Assembly (NCBI GenBank): GCA_965207735.1
Contig: OZ242296.1
Coordinates: forward strand, 2,272,001 to 2,336,000
Direction: 5' to 3'
Source: Candidatus Versatilivorator sp.
GTDB lineage: Bacteria; Acidobacteriota; Terriglobia; Versatilivoradales; Versatilivoraceae
DNA: 64,000 bases
The notes below the pieces were generated by a model. That model was not told where the DNA came from. It saw only the letters and a list, made by a program, of their open reading frames with translations, and did no database searches. This document shows positions 9,736 through 21,678 of this stretch, in pieces. The translations under genes were made by a program, and so were the position numbers. The stretch's first letter is position 1. Every line of letters starts with the position of its first letter.

Positions 9736-10830
9736 ATGGAGACCATGCTGGTTGCCGGAGGCGCCGGGTTCATCGGCTGCAACTTCGTCCGGCTGGCGCT
9801 GGCCCGAACCGAAGCCCGCCTGGTGGTGGTGGACAAGCTGACCTACGCCGGCAGCCTCCACAACCTGGAGGGGCTGGCGGGGCAGCCCCGCTGCCGCTTC
9901 CTGCGGGGGGACATCGGCGACGGAGAGTTTGTCGGCAGGGTCTTTCAAGACTATCAGCCGACCTGGACGGTCAATTTTGCGGCCGAGACCCACGTGGACC
10001 GCTCTATCGACGACCCCCGCCCCTTCCTGGCCACCAACGTGGCGGGCACCGCCGAGCTGCTGGAAGGCGCCCGCACCCACTACCGGCAGCTCGAGGGTTC
10101 GGCCCGCGGCCGCTTCCGCTACCTGCAGGTGTCTTCCGACGAGGTCTACGGCAGCGCCCAGGGAGACGCGACCTTCTCGGAAGCCACCGCCTGCGCCCCC
10201 AACTCTCCCTACGCCGCTTCCAAGGCCGCCGCCGACCACTGGGTGCGCGCCTATCACTGCACTTACGGACTGCCGACCCTCACGACCCGCTGCTCCAACA
10301 ACTACGGGCCCTACCAGTTCCCCGAAAAGCTGATACCGCTGATGGTGCTGAACGCCGTGGAGGCCAAGCCGCTGCCCATCTACGGCGACGGCGGGAATGT
10401 GAGGGACTGGCTCCACGTGGAGGACCATTGCGCCGCCCTACTGGCGGTCCTGCAAGCGGGCCGCCCGGGAGAAACCTACAACCTCGGGGGCGGGAGCGAG
10501 CGCACCAACCTGGAGATGGTGAACCAGGTATGCGCCTGCCTGGAGGCTCTGCTGCCGGCGGCCGCCAACCCGGCCATGCAGCGCCGGGGGGTTTCCTCCT
10601 ACGCCGATCTGAAGAGGCGGGTTCCCGACCGGCCGGGGCACGACCGCCGCTACGCCGTCGACTCGGGAAAGATCCGCGGAGAGCTGGGTTGGGCTCCCCG
10701 ATACGGCCTGGCGGAGGGCCTTGCCCAAACGGTGCGCTGGTACGCCGAAAACGGGGAGTGGTGCCGCAAGGTGCAGCAAGACAACTACGACCGGCGGCGC
10801 CTGGGGACCGCGGGCAGGATGGGATCATGA
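9736..10830 (+). CDS. rfbB: dTDP-glucose 4,6-dehydratase
   Basis: [46 protein letters not shown]. Confidence 0.96.
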   Translation: METMLVAGGAGFIGCNFVRLALARTEARLVVVDKLTYAGSLHNLEGLAGQPRCRFLRGDIGDGEFVGRVFQDYQPTWTVNFAAETHVDRSIDDPRPFLATNVAGTAELLEGARTHYRQLEGSARGRFRYLQVSSDEVYGSAQGDATFSEATACAPNSPYAASKAAADHWVRAYHCTYGLPTLTTRCSNNYGPYQFPEKLIPLMVLNAVEAKPLPIYGDGGNVRDWLHVEDHCAALLAVLQAGRPGETYNLGGGSERTNLEMVNQVCACLEALLPAAANPAMQRRGVSSYADLKRRVPDRPGHDRRYAVDSGKIRGELGWAPRYGLAEGLAQTVRWYAENGEWCRKVQQDNYDRRRLGTAGRMGS

Positions 10831-11702
10831 GAAAGGGAATCATTCTGGCCGGAGGCTCGGGCAGCCGGATGGCGCCCGTGACCCGAATCCTCAGCAAGCA
10901 GATTCTCCCGGTGTACGACAAGCCGATGATCTACTATCCCCTGTCGACCCTCATGCAGGCCGGGATCACAGACATTCTGGTGATCACCACCCCCCGGGAC
11001 CGGCCCGCCTTCGAGGGGTTGCTCGGTGACGGCGGCCAGTGGGGCCTGAGCCTGAAATATGCGGTGCAGCCGCGTCCGGAAGGCATTGCCCAGGCCTTCC
11101 TCATCGCCAGAGACTTCCTGCAGGACCAGGCGCCTGCCCTAGTGCTGGGCGACAACATCTTCTACGGCCAGGGCCTTTCCCAGAGTCTCCTCCGGGCCGG
11201 CCGGCAGCGCAGCGGGGCCACCGTCTTCGCCTACCAGGTGCGCGATCCGCAGCGCTACGGCGTGGTCTCCTTCGACGAGGAGAGCCGACCCACCGGCCTG
11301 GAGGAGAAGCCGGCCCGGCCCCGATCCTCCTACGCGGTGACGGGGCTCTACTTCTACGACCGGCAAGCGGTGGAGCTGGCTTCGAGACTCAAGCCCTCGG
11401 CACGCGGCGAGCTGGAGATTTCGGATCTGAACCGGGAATACCTGGCCAGGGGCCAGCTGCGGGTGGAGAAGCTGGGACGAGGCATAGCCTGGCTGGACGC
11501 GGGCACGCACGAGTCGCTGCTGCATGCATCGGTCTTCATTCAGACCCTGCAGGAACGTCAGGGACTGATGGTAGCCTGCCCGGAAGAGATCGCGCTCGAA
11601 ATGGGTTGGATCGAGGCCGGCGATGTGCGCCGGATGGCCCGGTCCATGCAGGGAAGCCCCTACGGGCGCTACCTGATGGGGCTGGTGGAGCCCAAGGAGT
11701 AG
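10827..11702 (+). CDS. rfbA: Glucose-1-phosphate thymidylyltransferase
   Basis: [36 protein letters not shown]; ATGA overlap with rfbB. Confidence 0.96.
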   Translation: MRKGIILAGGSGSRMAPVTRILSKQILPVYDKPMIYYPLSTLMQAGITDILVITTPRDRPAFEGLLGDGGQWGLSLKYAVQPRPEGIAQAFLIARDFLQDQAPALVLGDNIFYGQGLSQSLLRAGRQRSGATVFAYQVRDPQRYGVVSFDEESRPTGLEEKPARPRSSYAVTGLYFYDRQAVELASRLKPSARGELEISDLNREYLARGQLRVEKLGRGIAWLDAGTHESLLHASVFIQTLQERQGLMVACPEEIALEMGWIEAGDVRRMARSMQGSPYGRYLMGLVEPKE

Positions 11703-11705
11703 TGC

Positions 11706-12257
11706 ATGAAGGTCACCCGGACGGCGCTGGCGGGAGTGCTGGTCATCGAGCCCGAGGTTTACAGCGACGCCAGGGGATTCTTCCTGGAGTCCTACCACGC
11801 CCGCCGCTACCACCAGCAGGGCCTCCCGCTGGAATTCGTGCAGGACAACCACTCCCTCTCCCGGCATGGAACCCTGCGGGGGTTGCACGCCCAGGTGCGA
11901 CGTCCCCAGGCCAAGCTGGTGCGGGTGATCGAGGGTGAGGTGTTCGACGTGGCGGTGGACATCCGGCTGGGCTCACCCACCTTCGGACGTTGGACCGGCG
12001 TCTGTCTCTCTGCGGTCAACCGCCGCCAGCTCTTCATTCCCGCCGGCTTCGCCCACGGCTTCGTCACCACTAGCCCTTCGGCCCAGGTGGAGTACAAGTG
12101 CAGCCGGTATTACGACCCGGACGACCAACTCGCCATTCGCTGGGACGATCCGGAAATCGGCATCGACTGGCCCATCCGGCAACCCATCCTGTCCGACAAG
12201 GACCGGGACGCTCCCCTGCTGCGCCAACTCCGGGACCGGCTGCCGCGGTTAGGGTGA
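11706..12257 (+). CDS. rfbC: dTDP-4-dehydrorhamnose 3,5-epimerase
   Basis: DARGFFLE, QDNHS, LRGLH, GFAHGF, LSDKD. Confidence 0.96.
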   Translation: MKVTRTALAGVLVIEPEVYSDARGFFLESYHARRYHQQGLPLEFVQDNHSLSRHGTLRGLHAQVRRPQAKLVRVIEGEVFDVAVDIRLGSPTFGRWTGVCLSAVNRRQLFIPAGFAHGFVTTSPSAQVEYKCSRYYDPDDQLAIRWDDPEIGIDWPIRQPILSDKDRDAPLLRQLRDRLPRLG

Positions 12258-12269
12258 GGCGTTTCTTCC

Positions 12270-12670
12270 GGGGACATAGCCCGGGCTTGCTGCCTGGTAT
12301 GCGTTGGTGGTGTTCTGGAGATGTTGCGCGTTCCCTAAGGGCGCCCCTGATTCGCCGCATACGCGGCTAGGTTGGCGCAGCACTCACACGACCCCGGGTT
12401 TCCACCCGGGGCTACACGAGGCCGCAGCTACGCTGCTCGATAAGGATGACCCTTATGCAACCTTGTCTCAGGTAACCCACGCCAACCGCCGCATACGCGG
12501 CTCTCCCCTGACCTACGACACTGCCGGTGTATAGGAATTTTCAATTGATTATCTCCAGCGTCCCTTTCCCAAATCGGCAAGACGTCGTTCAAGAAACTCA
12601 AGTATCACTCCCCCCTTGAGGGGGAGTCGCAGAAGGTCGAGCCGAATGGCGAAGGCTGATGCGGAGGGGG
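12270..12670. repeat. Intergenic cluster of REP-like palindromes (CCGCATACGCGG twice, CCCCGGGTTTCCACCCGGGG) plus a family B copy
   Basis: Visible palindromes between the convergent rfbC and aldolase genes; similar to 15730-15780 and 28540-28620. Confidence 0.6.
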
Positions 12671-12721
12671 CAACGCCGGCGCCTGCACAAGGGACGCCTG
12701 CCCTACTCATTCCGAGGTTCC

Positions 12722-13477
12722 CTACCCTTTCACCTGGGCCAGTTGGGAGCGGACGGCGCTTCGCAGCATGGCCAGGTCGTTGGAGAGGTCGATCATCTGA
12801 AATCCCCGTGAGATCCACTTGTTGGCGGCGGCCGCGTCGCGCACCGGCAGGCCGGCGGGCTTGCCGGCGGCCTGGCACCCCTCCAGGATGCGCATGAGCT
12901 GGCGTTCATGCTCGGGGTCGCTGCCGATCTGTTCCGCCTTGAGGCCCATGGACAGACCCAGGTCGTGGGGACCGATGAAGCCCACGTCGATGCCGGGGAC
13001 CGCCATGATCTCCCCGATTTGGTCCACGCCTTCGAGGTCCTCGATCTGGGGAATCAGCAGGATCTGCTCGTTGGCGTCGGCAGGGTAGTCGATGAAGGTC
13101 TGATTGCGGCCGGTCCCCGCGGAGCGGTGTCCCAGCGGAGGATAGCGGACCGCCTGCACCAGGGCTTCGGCCTGGGCCCGGTTGGACACGTGGGGAATGA
13201 CCACGCCCAGAGCGCCGGCGTCCAGCACCCGGGCGATGTCCTGCGGTTGGTGGGACCACACCCGAGCCAGGGGAACCGCCCCACGAGACTCGATGGCCCG
13301 GAATCCGTTGGCGGCATCGTCCAATGCCCAGGGTCCGTGCTCCATGTCCACGGTCAGCCACTCGTATCCTTCGGTAGCCATGACTTCGGCGGCCAGCGTC
13401 GAGGCCAGGTTCAGCCAGGAACCGACCGAAACCTTTCCGGCATTCAGCGCAACTTTCAGGGGATTTTCCAATCGCAT
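12722..13477 (-). CDS. HpcH/HpaI-family class II pyruvate aldolase
   Basis: VDMEHG, LDAGALGVVIPHV, RYPPLGHRS, PQIE, FIGPHDL. Confidence 0.92.
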   Translation of the reverse strand: MRLENPLKVALNAGKVSVGSWLNLASTLAAEVMATEGYEWLTVDMEHGPWALDDAANGFRAIESRGAVPLARVWSHQPQDIARVLDAGALGVVIPHVSNRAQAEALVQAVRYPPLGHRSAGTGRNQTFIDYPADANEQILLIPQIEDLEGVDQIGEIMAVPGIDVGFIGPHDLGLSMGLKAEQIGSDPEHERQLMRILEGCQAAGKPAGLPVRDAAAANKWISRGFQMIDLSNDLAMLRSAVRSQLAQVKG

Positions 13478-13628
13478 GGGAGCCTCCGTATCAGGGATTC
13501 ATGAATGCTCGCCGGGTGGAGCGCAGCCAAGCCTGGCCCCGGTTCCCGGCCGGCCGTCCATTTTGACGGCAACAGGGAAACCAGTCAACCGAGGGGAGAG
13601 AGATTGGGGGGCTTGCGCATACGGTTAG

Positions 13629-13757
13629 TTGCTGTCGCCGCCTTCGCGGCTCAACACTAACTGCGAGCTGTCCATGGGCTTACGCCCACGGCTAAGTGCT
13701 TCCGCCGCTTCGCGGCTTTCCGGAACCCCGGGGCCGCGGCCCGGGAAACTATCATTC
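13629..13757. repeat. REP-like family A (GCCGCCT(T/A)CGCGGC...CCATGGGCTTACGCCCACGGCTA)
   Basis: Close copy at 38077-38205; further copies at 27926, 28237, 47620-47705 (inverted) and 61910. Confidence 0.75.
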
Positions 13758-13918
13758 AGAAAATCCTGTCCGCCGGCAGTGTCGTGGGTTATGAGCGAGC
13801 AGCGAAAGCGGCGGTTTGGCAGCACCCTTCCCTAACACGGCGTCTGCCCGACAATTGCCATGGGCGCCCTTTCTCAACTACGCTAAGGGCCTTGACACGC
13901 ATCGATGAAACGGCAACC

Positions 13919-15673
13919 ATGGAGTCCAATTTGAAAAACCATATACAGGACGTCCGGTACGAGCCGGACGAACGACCTCCGCTTCCTCTCACCATAGGCC
14001 TCGGGTTGCAGTACGCCTCGCTGACGGCCGCCGGCATCGTGCTGACACCGGCGATCCTGGTTGGAGCCGCGGGGGGTAACGAAGCCTATCTGGTATGGGC
14101 CGTGTTTGCCGCGCTTGTGGTCAGCGGCGTGACCACGGTGATCCAGTCCGCTCGCATCGGCCGCCTCGGCTCCGGTTACCTCCTGCTCATGGGGAGCAGC
14201 GGCGCTTTCCTGGCCGTCTGCGTGGCGGCGCTGGAGCGGGGAGGCGGGGGCCTGATGGCGAGCCTGATCATCGTCTCCTCCCTGGTTCAGTTCATTCTTG
14301 CGGCAAAGCTATCGCTGTTCAGAAAGATTTTCACGCCAACCGTGGCGGGAACCGTGCTGATGCTGATTCCGGTCACGCTCGGACCGATCATCTTTCGCAA
14401 GCTGAACGACGTGCCGGCCGAGGCCGCGCCAGCGGCCGCCCCGGTCACGGCAGGCCTGACCCTGGCGCTGATGGCCGTGATCTCAATGCGCGCCACCGGC
14501 GTCTGGAGACTCTGGGCCGGAGCCCTGGGGATGGTCGCAGGCAGTGCCTTCGGCGGCCTCTTCTACGGGATCTACGACACCAGGCGTGTCCTGGAGGCTG
14601 ACTGGATCGGGTTTCCACAGCTTGCCTGGCCCGGTCTCGACTTCGGCTTCGGTCCCGACTTCTGGGCTCTGCTGCCCGCCTTCATACTGGTGACGCTGGT
14701 GGGCGCCCTGGACACCATCGGAGACGGCATCGCCATCCAACGGATCTCGTGGCGCCGGCCGCGCGCCATCGACTTCCAGTCGATCCAGGGCGCGCTCACC
14801 GCCGACAGCCTGGGCAATCTGCTATCGGGCCTGACGGGCACTGTTCCCAACACGACCTACGCGGCCAGCATCGCCGTCGCCGATCTCACCCGGGTGGCGG
14901 CCCGCGTGGTCGGCATATGCGTCGGGGTCATTTTCGTGGTGCTGGCCTTTCTGCCGAAGCTGGTAGCGGTCATCGTCGCCATTCCCGGTCCGGTGGTGGC
15001 GGCCTACTACATCGTGCTGGTGGCATCCCTATTCATTCTCGGCGTCCGGGTACTGATGCACGACGGCCTGGACTATCGCAAGAGCTTCGCGGTAGGCATC
15101 GCATTCTGGCTGGGAATCGCCTTCCAACTGGGGTGGATCTATCCGGAACTCCTCCAGGGCGCCTGGAGCGATCTGCTTGGAAACAGCATGACGGTCGGCG
15201 GGGTGACGGTGATCGTTCTGACGCAGTTCGTGGAGCTGACAGGACCGCGCTCCCGGCGCCTGAAGACGCAACTGTCCCTGGAAAACCTGGCGACGATCGA
15301 TGCGTTCCTGTCCGAATTCGCCGCGCGCGGCAAGCGCGCCGAGGAAATGACCGATCGCCTCCGTGCAGTCGGCGAGGAGATGCTCCTCACTCTGACCAGG
15401 CCGGAAGAGGAAGGCAAGGCGCCCGCGGGACGCCATCTCCTGCTTGTGGCGCGCAATGATGGGGACGCGGTCGAACTCGAGTTTGCGGCAACGACCGACG
15501 ACGCCAACCTGGAGGATCAGTTGGCGCTGCTGGGTGAACAGACCACCGGTCCCCCGGTCGAAACGGAGGTCTCTCTGAGACTGCTGCGCCACTATGCGTC
15601 GTCGGTGCGCCACCAGCAGTTTCACGATACGGACGTGATCACTGTCCGGGTGGGACCGGCTGCCTCCATGTGA
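13919..15673 (+). CDS. NCS2 (xanthine/uracil permease family) transporter with ~140-aa soluble C-terminal extension
   Basis: LGLQ N-terminal motif, many TM helices, GTVPNTTY...VAARVVG (NAT motif region), LAFLPK...IPGPV. Confidence 0.85.
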   Translation: MESNLKNHIQDVRYEPDERPPLPLTIGLGLQYASLTAAGIVLTPAILVGAAGGNEAYLVWAVFAALVVSGVTTVIQSARIGRLGSGYLLLMGSSGAFLAVCVAALERGGGGLMASLIIVSSLVQFILAAKLSLFRKIFTPTVAGTVLMLIPVTLGPIIFRKLNDVPAEAAPAAAPVTAGLTLALMAVISMRATGVWRLWAGALGMVAGSAFGGLFYGIYDTRRVLEADWIGFPQLAWPGLDFGFGPDFWALLPAFILVTLVGALDTIGDGIAIQRISWRRPRAIDFQSIQGALTADSLGNLLSGLTGTVPNTTYAASIAVADLTRVAARVVGICVGVIFVVLAFLPKLVAVIVAIPGPVVAAYYIVLVASLFILGVRVLMHDGLDYRKSFAVGIAFWLGIAFQLGWIYPELLQGAWSDLLGNSMTVGGVTVIVLTQFVELTGPRSRRLKTQLSLENLATIDAFLSEFAARGKRAEEMTDRLRAVGEEMLLTLTRPEEEGKAPAGRHLLLVARNDGDAVELEFAATTDDANLEDQLALLGEQTTGPPVETEVSLRLLRHYASSVRHQQFHDTDVITVRVGPAASM

Positions 15674-15948
15674 ACGACCGGAGCGGCGTGGCCGCGAATG
15701 GCCCGCAAGTGGAGGGAGTCGGGGACGTTGTTTTGGAAAGGCAGTGCGTTCCCAAGACCCGACTACTAATCCGCCGCATAGGGGGGCGGAGTAGGTCCCA
15801 CTCTTTGGCGATCAGTGGTAAACCGTAGCTATAAGGCAACTCACAGGCCAGTAAGCCGATGGCGATGGGAACAAGCGCCGAGGCCACTGTCCACTTGACG
15901 CTGCCGGTCACATTCCAGACGGTGTAGACAGACAGGTCATTGCAACTT

Positions 15949-18900
15949 CTACTCCTGGGCAGGAACGTAGGCGCCGTCTCCGCTCCGCTCTCCCGGCGCC
16001 CCGCCGTCGTTGACCACCCCGTATGCCAGGAAGGGATTGCTACCGGGAAGCCTTCTGACATGGACGTACCCCTGCCTCGTCCCCCGGGCGTGGGTGCCCA
16101 GGATGCCGTTGATCTGATGCCAGCCTCCGGCCGGAATGGCTCCGGTGGTCACCGCCTTCACCATTTCGCCCGTCTCCCCATCGTAGATATCCAGGTCGAA
16201 GACACTGTCGTCGTCATCGACCTCTCCCGTGTTGACCAGGGCCAGGTTGCTGCGGTTGGTGGCGTTCTGCTGCAGCCCGTAGATCCAGGCGCTGTCCGTC
16301 CAGGCCGAACCCTCGGGCACGGCGTTGTAGAAGACCCCGTACTGTCCCCCTCCCCCCGGCGAGCCCGTCCGCGCCCCGATCACGATCCCGCTCATGTCTC
16401 CCTCCGACACCCCGGCAAACACGGCTCCCGCAAAGGCCCGGCCGGCCGGACCGATCCCAGCCACCCCCTGCCGGCGCAGGTGGTCGACGATGTCGGGCAG
16501 GATGCGCTGCTCTCCCGCCTCCAGCCTCAGGCTGAAGCCGGGCGTGTCGTCACCGCTCTCCACCGCCTCGACCACAAAGCGGAGCTCCACCTGCTTGGGC
16601 ACCGTAGAGAAGTTCGTCACCATCAACTCGCTGGTGAAGCCCCTGACTTTGACGATCACCGGCAGCGTCTGTTCCCTCCTGCCTCTCAGTGAGTCTGCTG
16701 CCACCGGAAAGACAAACGACCCGTCCGAGTTGAAGTTGTCGTTGATCACCCCGTAGGCGTAGTAGGGCGCTGCCCCGCCAACCCGCTCCACCTTCACGTA
16801 GCCGTTGTTGTAGCCCGCCTCTTTCAGGACGCCGTTGTATTGATGGAACCCTCCCGGTGGCAACCGCAGATCCGGCAACACCAGACTCCCCGGCGCTTCC
16901 CGGTCTCCCGAGTAGACCGTCACTCTCATGGTGATGGCCCCATCGCTTGTCTCCCCCGCGTTCTGAATGGCCACGTTGGAACGGTCTGCCCGATTCTGGC
17001 GCAGTCCGGCAATCACTGATGTGCCCGTAAGCAGACCCTCCGAGGTGACTCCCACATAGGCCAGACCGGCCTGTCCCCGTCCCTCCTCCACCGGCGTGCT
17101 GGTCCTCACCGTCACCGCCGCAGCCGATGCCGAGGAAAGGTTGGAGAACTTCACCACCAGCGTCCCGCCTGCCGCGCCCTCTCCGATGGGAACTCCCAGA
17201 GAGACCAGGTAGGCGATGGCGTCGGGAATGATCCGCTGCCGGCCAGGTCCCAGAGAATCCACCGCCATGCCCGATCCCCCGCCAAAGGCGGCCCGATAGG
17301 TGTAGTGGATCTCGGCTGTGGTCGATCCCCGGTTGGTGACAGTCAGCTCGGAGGTGAAGAACGAACCCGGAGTCCGTCCCTGAGACCGCAAAACAATAGG
17401 CACAAACAGCCGGCTACCAATCCCGGTTCCCGTCACCGTAAAGTGTTCGGCGCTCACCACCATGCCCCCCGGCGTGGTCACACTGATGGGACCGCTGGTG
17501 GCGCCCGGCGGCACCACGGCCTCGATGCTGGTCCCCGATACGACCTCGAATTCGGGAGCGCTCACTCCGTTGAACAAGACCTCAGTGGCGCCAAGGAAAA
17601 GGGTCCCCGTGAGAGTGACCCTTGTGCCTACAGATCCCATTGACGGAGAGAACCGAGCGAGAGTGGGCGGTAGCAAGGCCTGGGTCGTGGCTGATGCCTC
17701 GTTTGAGAACCCGGAAGCTCCCGTGTTGTTGACTGCCCTCACCCGGTAGTGATAGGTAGTGCCGGCTTCGAGTCCCGTATCCGAATATCGACTGATATTG
17801 ACAAGGGTTGTCTTGATTTCAACCCAATCCGTCGAACCCTCAACCCGGCGCTGCACCCTGAAGCCGATCTCGTTGGTGCTGTTGTCCTGCCAGACCAGGT
17901 CGATCCCGGAGAAGGAAACCACCCTTGCCCTCAGACCTGTCGGAGGCTGAGGCGGTCGGGTCAATACACGTATGCGGTGGTTACCGGTATCAGCGATATA
18001 GACGTTGCCGGAGCGGTCCACGGACAGGGCATGGGGAGTGTGTAGACGCATACCAAGTGCCGGACCGCTTTCCCGGTTGAAGCCACCACTGAAGTAGACG
18101 TCTTGCCTGAGCCCGGCGATGGTGACAATGTTTCCCGATGAGTCCACCAGGCGGATCCTGTGGTTGCCCCTATCGGCGATATACATTGCGCCCAAGTCGT
18201 CCACGAATACGTCGCTGGGACTGTTCAACTGTGCGGCGAGCGCCGGGCCGCCGTCCCCGCTGAAGTTCCCTTCCCCCTGGCCCGCCACGGTGGTGATGGT
18301 CCCCATGGGATCCACGCGGCGGATCCGATGATTGAAGGTGTCGGCAATGTAGAGGTTTCCGCGACTGTCAAAAGCGAGTTTCTCGGCTTGGCCCAACTGC
18401 GCTGCGAGCGCCGGGCCGCCGTCCCCGCTGTAGCCTATCTCCCCGGTGCCGACAACGGTGGTGATGGTCCCCGAGGCATCCACGCGACGGATTCGGTGGT
18501 TCTGTCTGTCAGAAATGTAAACGTTGCCAGCAGAGTCCACCTCCACGCCTCGCGGGGTGTCCAATTGCGCCTCCACTCCCGGGCCGCCGTCCCCGCTGTA
18601 GCCGTATTCCCCCGTGCCCGCCACGGTGGTGATGATCCCCGAGGCGTCCACGCGACGGACGACGTGGTTGCGTGTATCGGCGATGTAAATATTGCCTTTG
18701 CCGTCCACGGACACGTCCGCCGGACGAATCAACTGTGCCGCGACCGCCGGGCCGCCGTCCCCGCTGTAGCCGAATTCCCCGGTCCCCGCCACGGTGGCGA
18801 CAATCCCCGAGGCATCCACACGATGGATCTGATGGTTCCAGGTATCGGCGATATAGAGGTTTCCGGAATCGTCCACGGCCACGCCATGGGGGTGGTTGAG

Positions 18901-21578
18901 CCGAGCCAGGATCGCGGGGCCGCCCTCGCCACTGAAATCGTTGCCGGTGCCCGCAAACGTGGTGATGGTTCCCGCCGTATCCACCCGACGGATCCGATGA
19001 TTGAAGCGATCTGCAATGTAAACATTGCCCGCAGCATCCACCGCCACGCATTCTGGAAGGAACAACTGAGCCTCAAGCGCCGGGCCGCCATCCCCACTAA
19101 AGCCCACGCGTCCCCCGGTGCCCGCCACGGTAGTAATGGTCCCTGAGGCATCCACCCGTCGGATCCGGTTGCCCTCCCGATCGGTGATGTAGATATTGCC
19201 TGCGTCGTCGACCGCAACGTCTTGGGCGTCGCGGAACGTCGCCATCGTTGCCGGCCCGCCGTCGCCGCCTGAGCCCCGTTCCCCGGTGCCCGCAATGGTT
19301 GTGATGGTGCCGGTGGCGGCATCCACCCGCCGCACCCGGCGGCCATATTCCGAGGGAATGTAAAGGTTGCCCGCGCTGTCTACCGCCACGTCAGCGGGGA
19401 CAAACAACTGTGCCTCGACTGCCGGGCCGCCGTCTCCGCTGTAGCCCCTTACCCCGGTGCCAGCCACGGTTGTGATGGTGCCCGAGGAATCCACCCGGCG
19501 GACCCGGAAGTTTTCGATATCGCCAATAAAGAGACTACCGGCAGAGTCTACGGCCACGCTAGCGGGACGGTTCAACCACGCCTCGACCGCCGGGCCGCCA
19601 TCTCCGGCGTAACCCTGCACCCCGGTGCCCGCCACGGTTGTGATGATCCCTGTGGCGGCATCCACCCGGCGGACCCGGTGGTTTCCGGGCTCAGCGATAT
19701 AGAGGTTGCCTGCACCGTCCACCGCCACGTCCGTGATATAGCCGAACCCCGCCTCGACCGCCAAGCCCCCGTCCCCGCTGTAGCCTCGTTCCCCGGTGCC
19801 CGCCACGGTTGTGATGATCCCTGTGCCGGCATCCACCCGGCGGACCCGGTAGTTCACACTGTCAGCGATATAGAGATTGCCCGCACCGTCCACCGCCACG
19901 CTGACGGGTTGTTGCAACCGCGACGATGTCGCCGGGCCGTTGTCTCCAATATTGTCCTTGCCCCCAACGATCGTGTCCATCCTCCAGCCGGAACCGGAAA
20001 CGGAACCGGCGGAGGTTGTAGCCGCGGCCTCATTGGAGTACGCGAAGACTCCGTGTTGTTGAGAGCCCGAATGCGGTAAATGTAGGTGGTGTCCGGAAAC
20101 AACTCGTCATTTGAAAAGGTGGTTGTGTTGGCGGCGGTCCTTCCGAGTTCAACCCAATGACCTGAACCATCTACCCGACGCTGAACGATGAAACCGGTCT
20201 CATTGGTGCTGTTGTCCTGCCAAGTCAGATTAATCTGGGACGCGGAAGCTGCCACGGCCGAAAGACCGGTAGGCGGCTGGAGCGTGATGGGTTGAGTGGT
20301 CAGACAACTATTGTGGTTTAAAACGTGGTCTGCAATTTGTTCCCGGGAGAACTGACAAAAGGTCAACCCCACGCCATCCCCGATGGACTGCATGAGGGTA
20401 TTGGAACATCCTGCGACTGGGGGGTTTACCTGATCGGGATGAACGGCACCGAAGTTGTGTCCGATTTCATGGGCTGGGGTAGAGAATTTTCTCAGTAGAG
20501 CAAAAGTGTCGCGCGGAAGCGCCGACAGGACATAACTACTATTTCTTTGGTAGCAGGCTACCGCAATATGAGCCAGGCCAACAATAGACGAATCCTCCCG
20601 CTCCTTGTCGGTCCAGAGATGGGCAATGTCGTAGTCCTTCGTGGCCGCGTAGTGGGTGTTCCAATAGTCGGCGAACTGATCCAACAGACCTGAAGCTGTT
20701 GTAGCAGTGTAGGGATAGGACTCATCCTGGGTGGCCCAGGCGTGCTGGAAACCGATCCGAAGCTGCAACAACAGTTCGCTCTGATAAATCCCTTCCACCT
20801 GGTTCATGATGCCCAGAATTTCACGGATGGCGGCCTCGGAGCCTCCCAGGGCCTGCACGTACTCGTAGTCGGCTTCCGTGGCCACCTCAAACACGTAATT
20901 GGTGGGGGTAACTGTCTCCACTTGAGCCGCCACCCGATTCGCGCCCTGCTGCAGACGCTCAGCCAACGACACGCCGCACCTGAAGGCCTGACCGGGTTTG
21001 AGGTCCGATTGCCTGTAGACCACCAGTTCCCCGGCCGGGGCGCTGGGAAGATAATTGCGCAAGGGCTCGAGGAAGTACCAGTCGTCAGGGGCGAACACGA
21101 CACCTTCAATCCCATTGTCCGTGAGGTTGAATCGGCCCCGCATGTCTTCCCGACCCGAAAGTGTTCCCTTGAACGTTTTGACGGTTTCCCGGGGGAGCGT
21201 TCGGATTTCCCCTTCGGGTCCCGTCTCCACTGCCCGGTAGTCGGGGGTCCGCATGTCGTGAGGCTCGATTCTGAAATAGAAATCGGCCTGGTCGAAGCGA
21301 AAGCGCAGTTCTCCGGTCGTTCGGAGCTGTCGTTCAATTTCATCGGGTTCGAAGCGGATCACTTCATAGCTCGACAGAACCGGCTGCAGCGCATTGGAGA
21401 CCTCGGTCGTCCGGGTCAGGACTCGATGGGGGCTCAAACAAATTCCAATGCCCACCAAGATCATCATGGAAAAACACAAGGAAGTACTCTTGGCACAATT
21501 CATCATTAGCTGGCTCTCTCGCCCCGCTTCGAATTCACTGTTCTTGGACATGAACGGATTGGGGAAATTCCGTATCAC
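15949..21578 (-). pseudogene. Giant secreted protein interrupted by a 1-bp frameshift near 20043: M12B/reprolysin-like zinc metalloprotease, FN3, ~12 NHL repeats, FN3, IPT/TIG, conserved C-terminal module
   Basis: HEIGHNFGAVH zinc motif in ORF 19854-21578. Adding one base turns ...NNTESSRTPM into ...NNTESSAYSNEAAATT, which matches the second FN3 end (NNTGASGFSNEASATT) and joins ORF 15949-19980. May be a sequencing error. Confidence 0.85.
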
Positions 21579-21678
21579 TTCGTCTGACGAAAGGTCAACA
21601 CTGATTCTGCCTCCTGCTGGAGGAAAGGGGGGTTTTGGACAGCGACCGGACGTTGATCCGAAGTGGCGCCCTCCCCCC

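Noticed and set aside
15949-17409. Diversity-generating retroelement template/variable repeat pair between the two shared C-terminal modules
   Set aside because: There is no reverse transcriptase, both copies are coding, and the differences do not look adenine-specific
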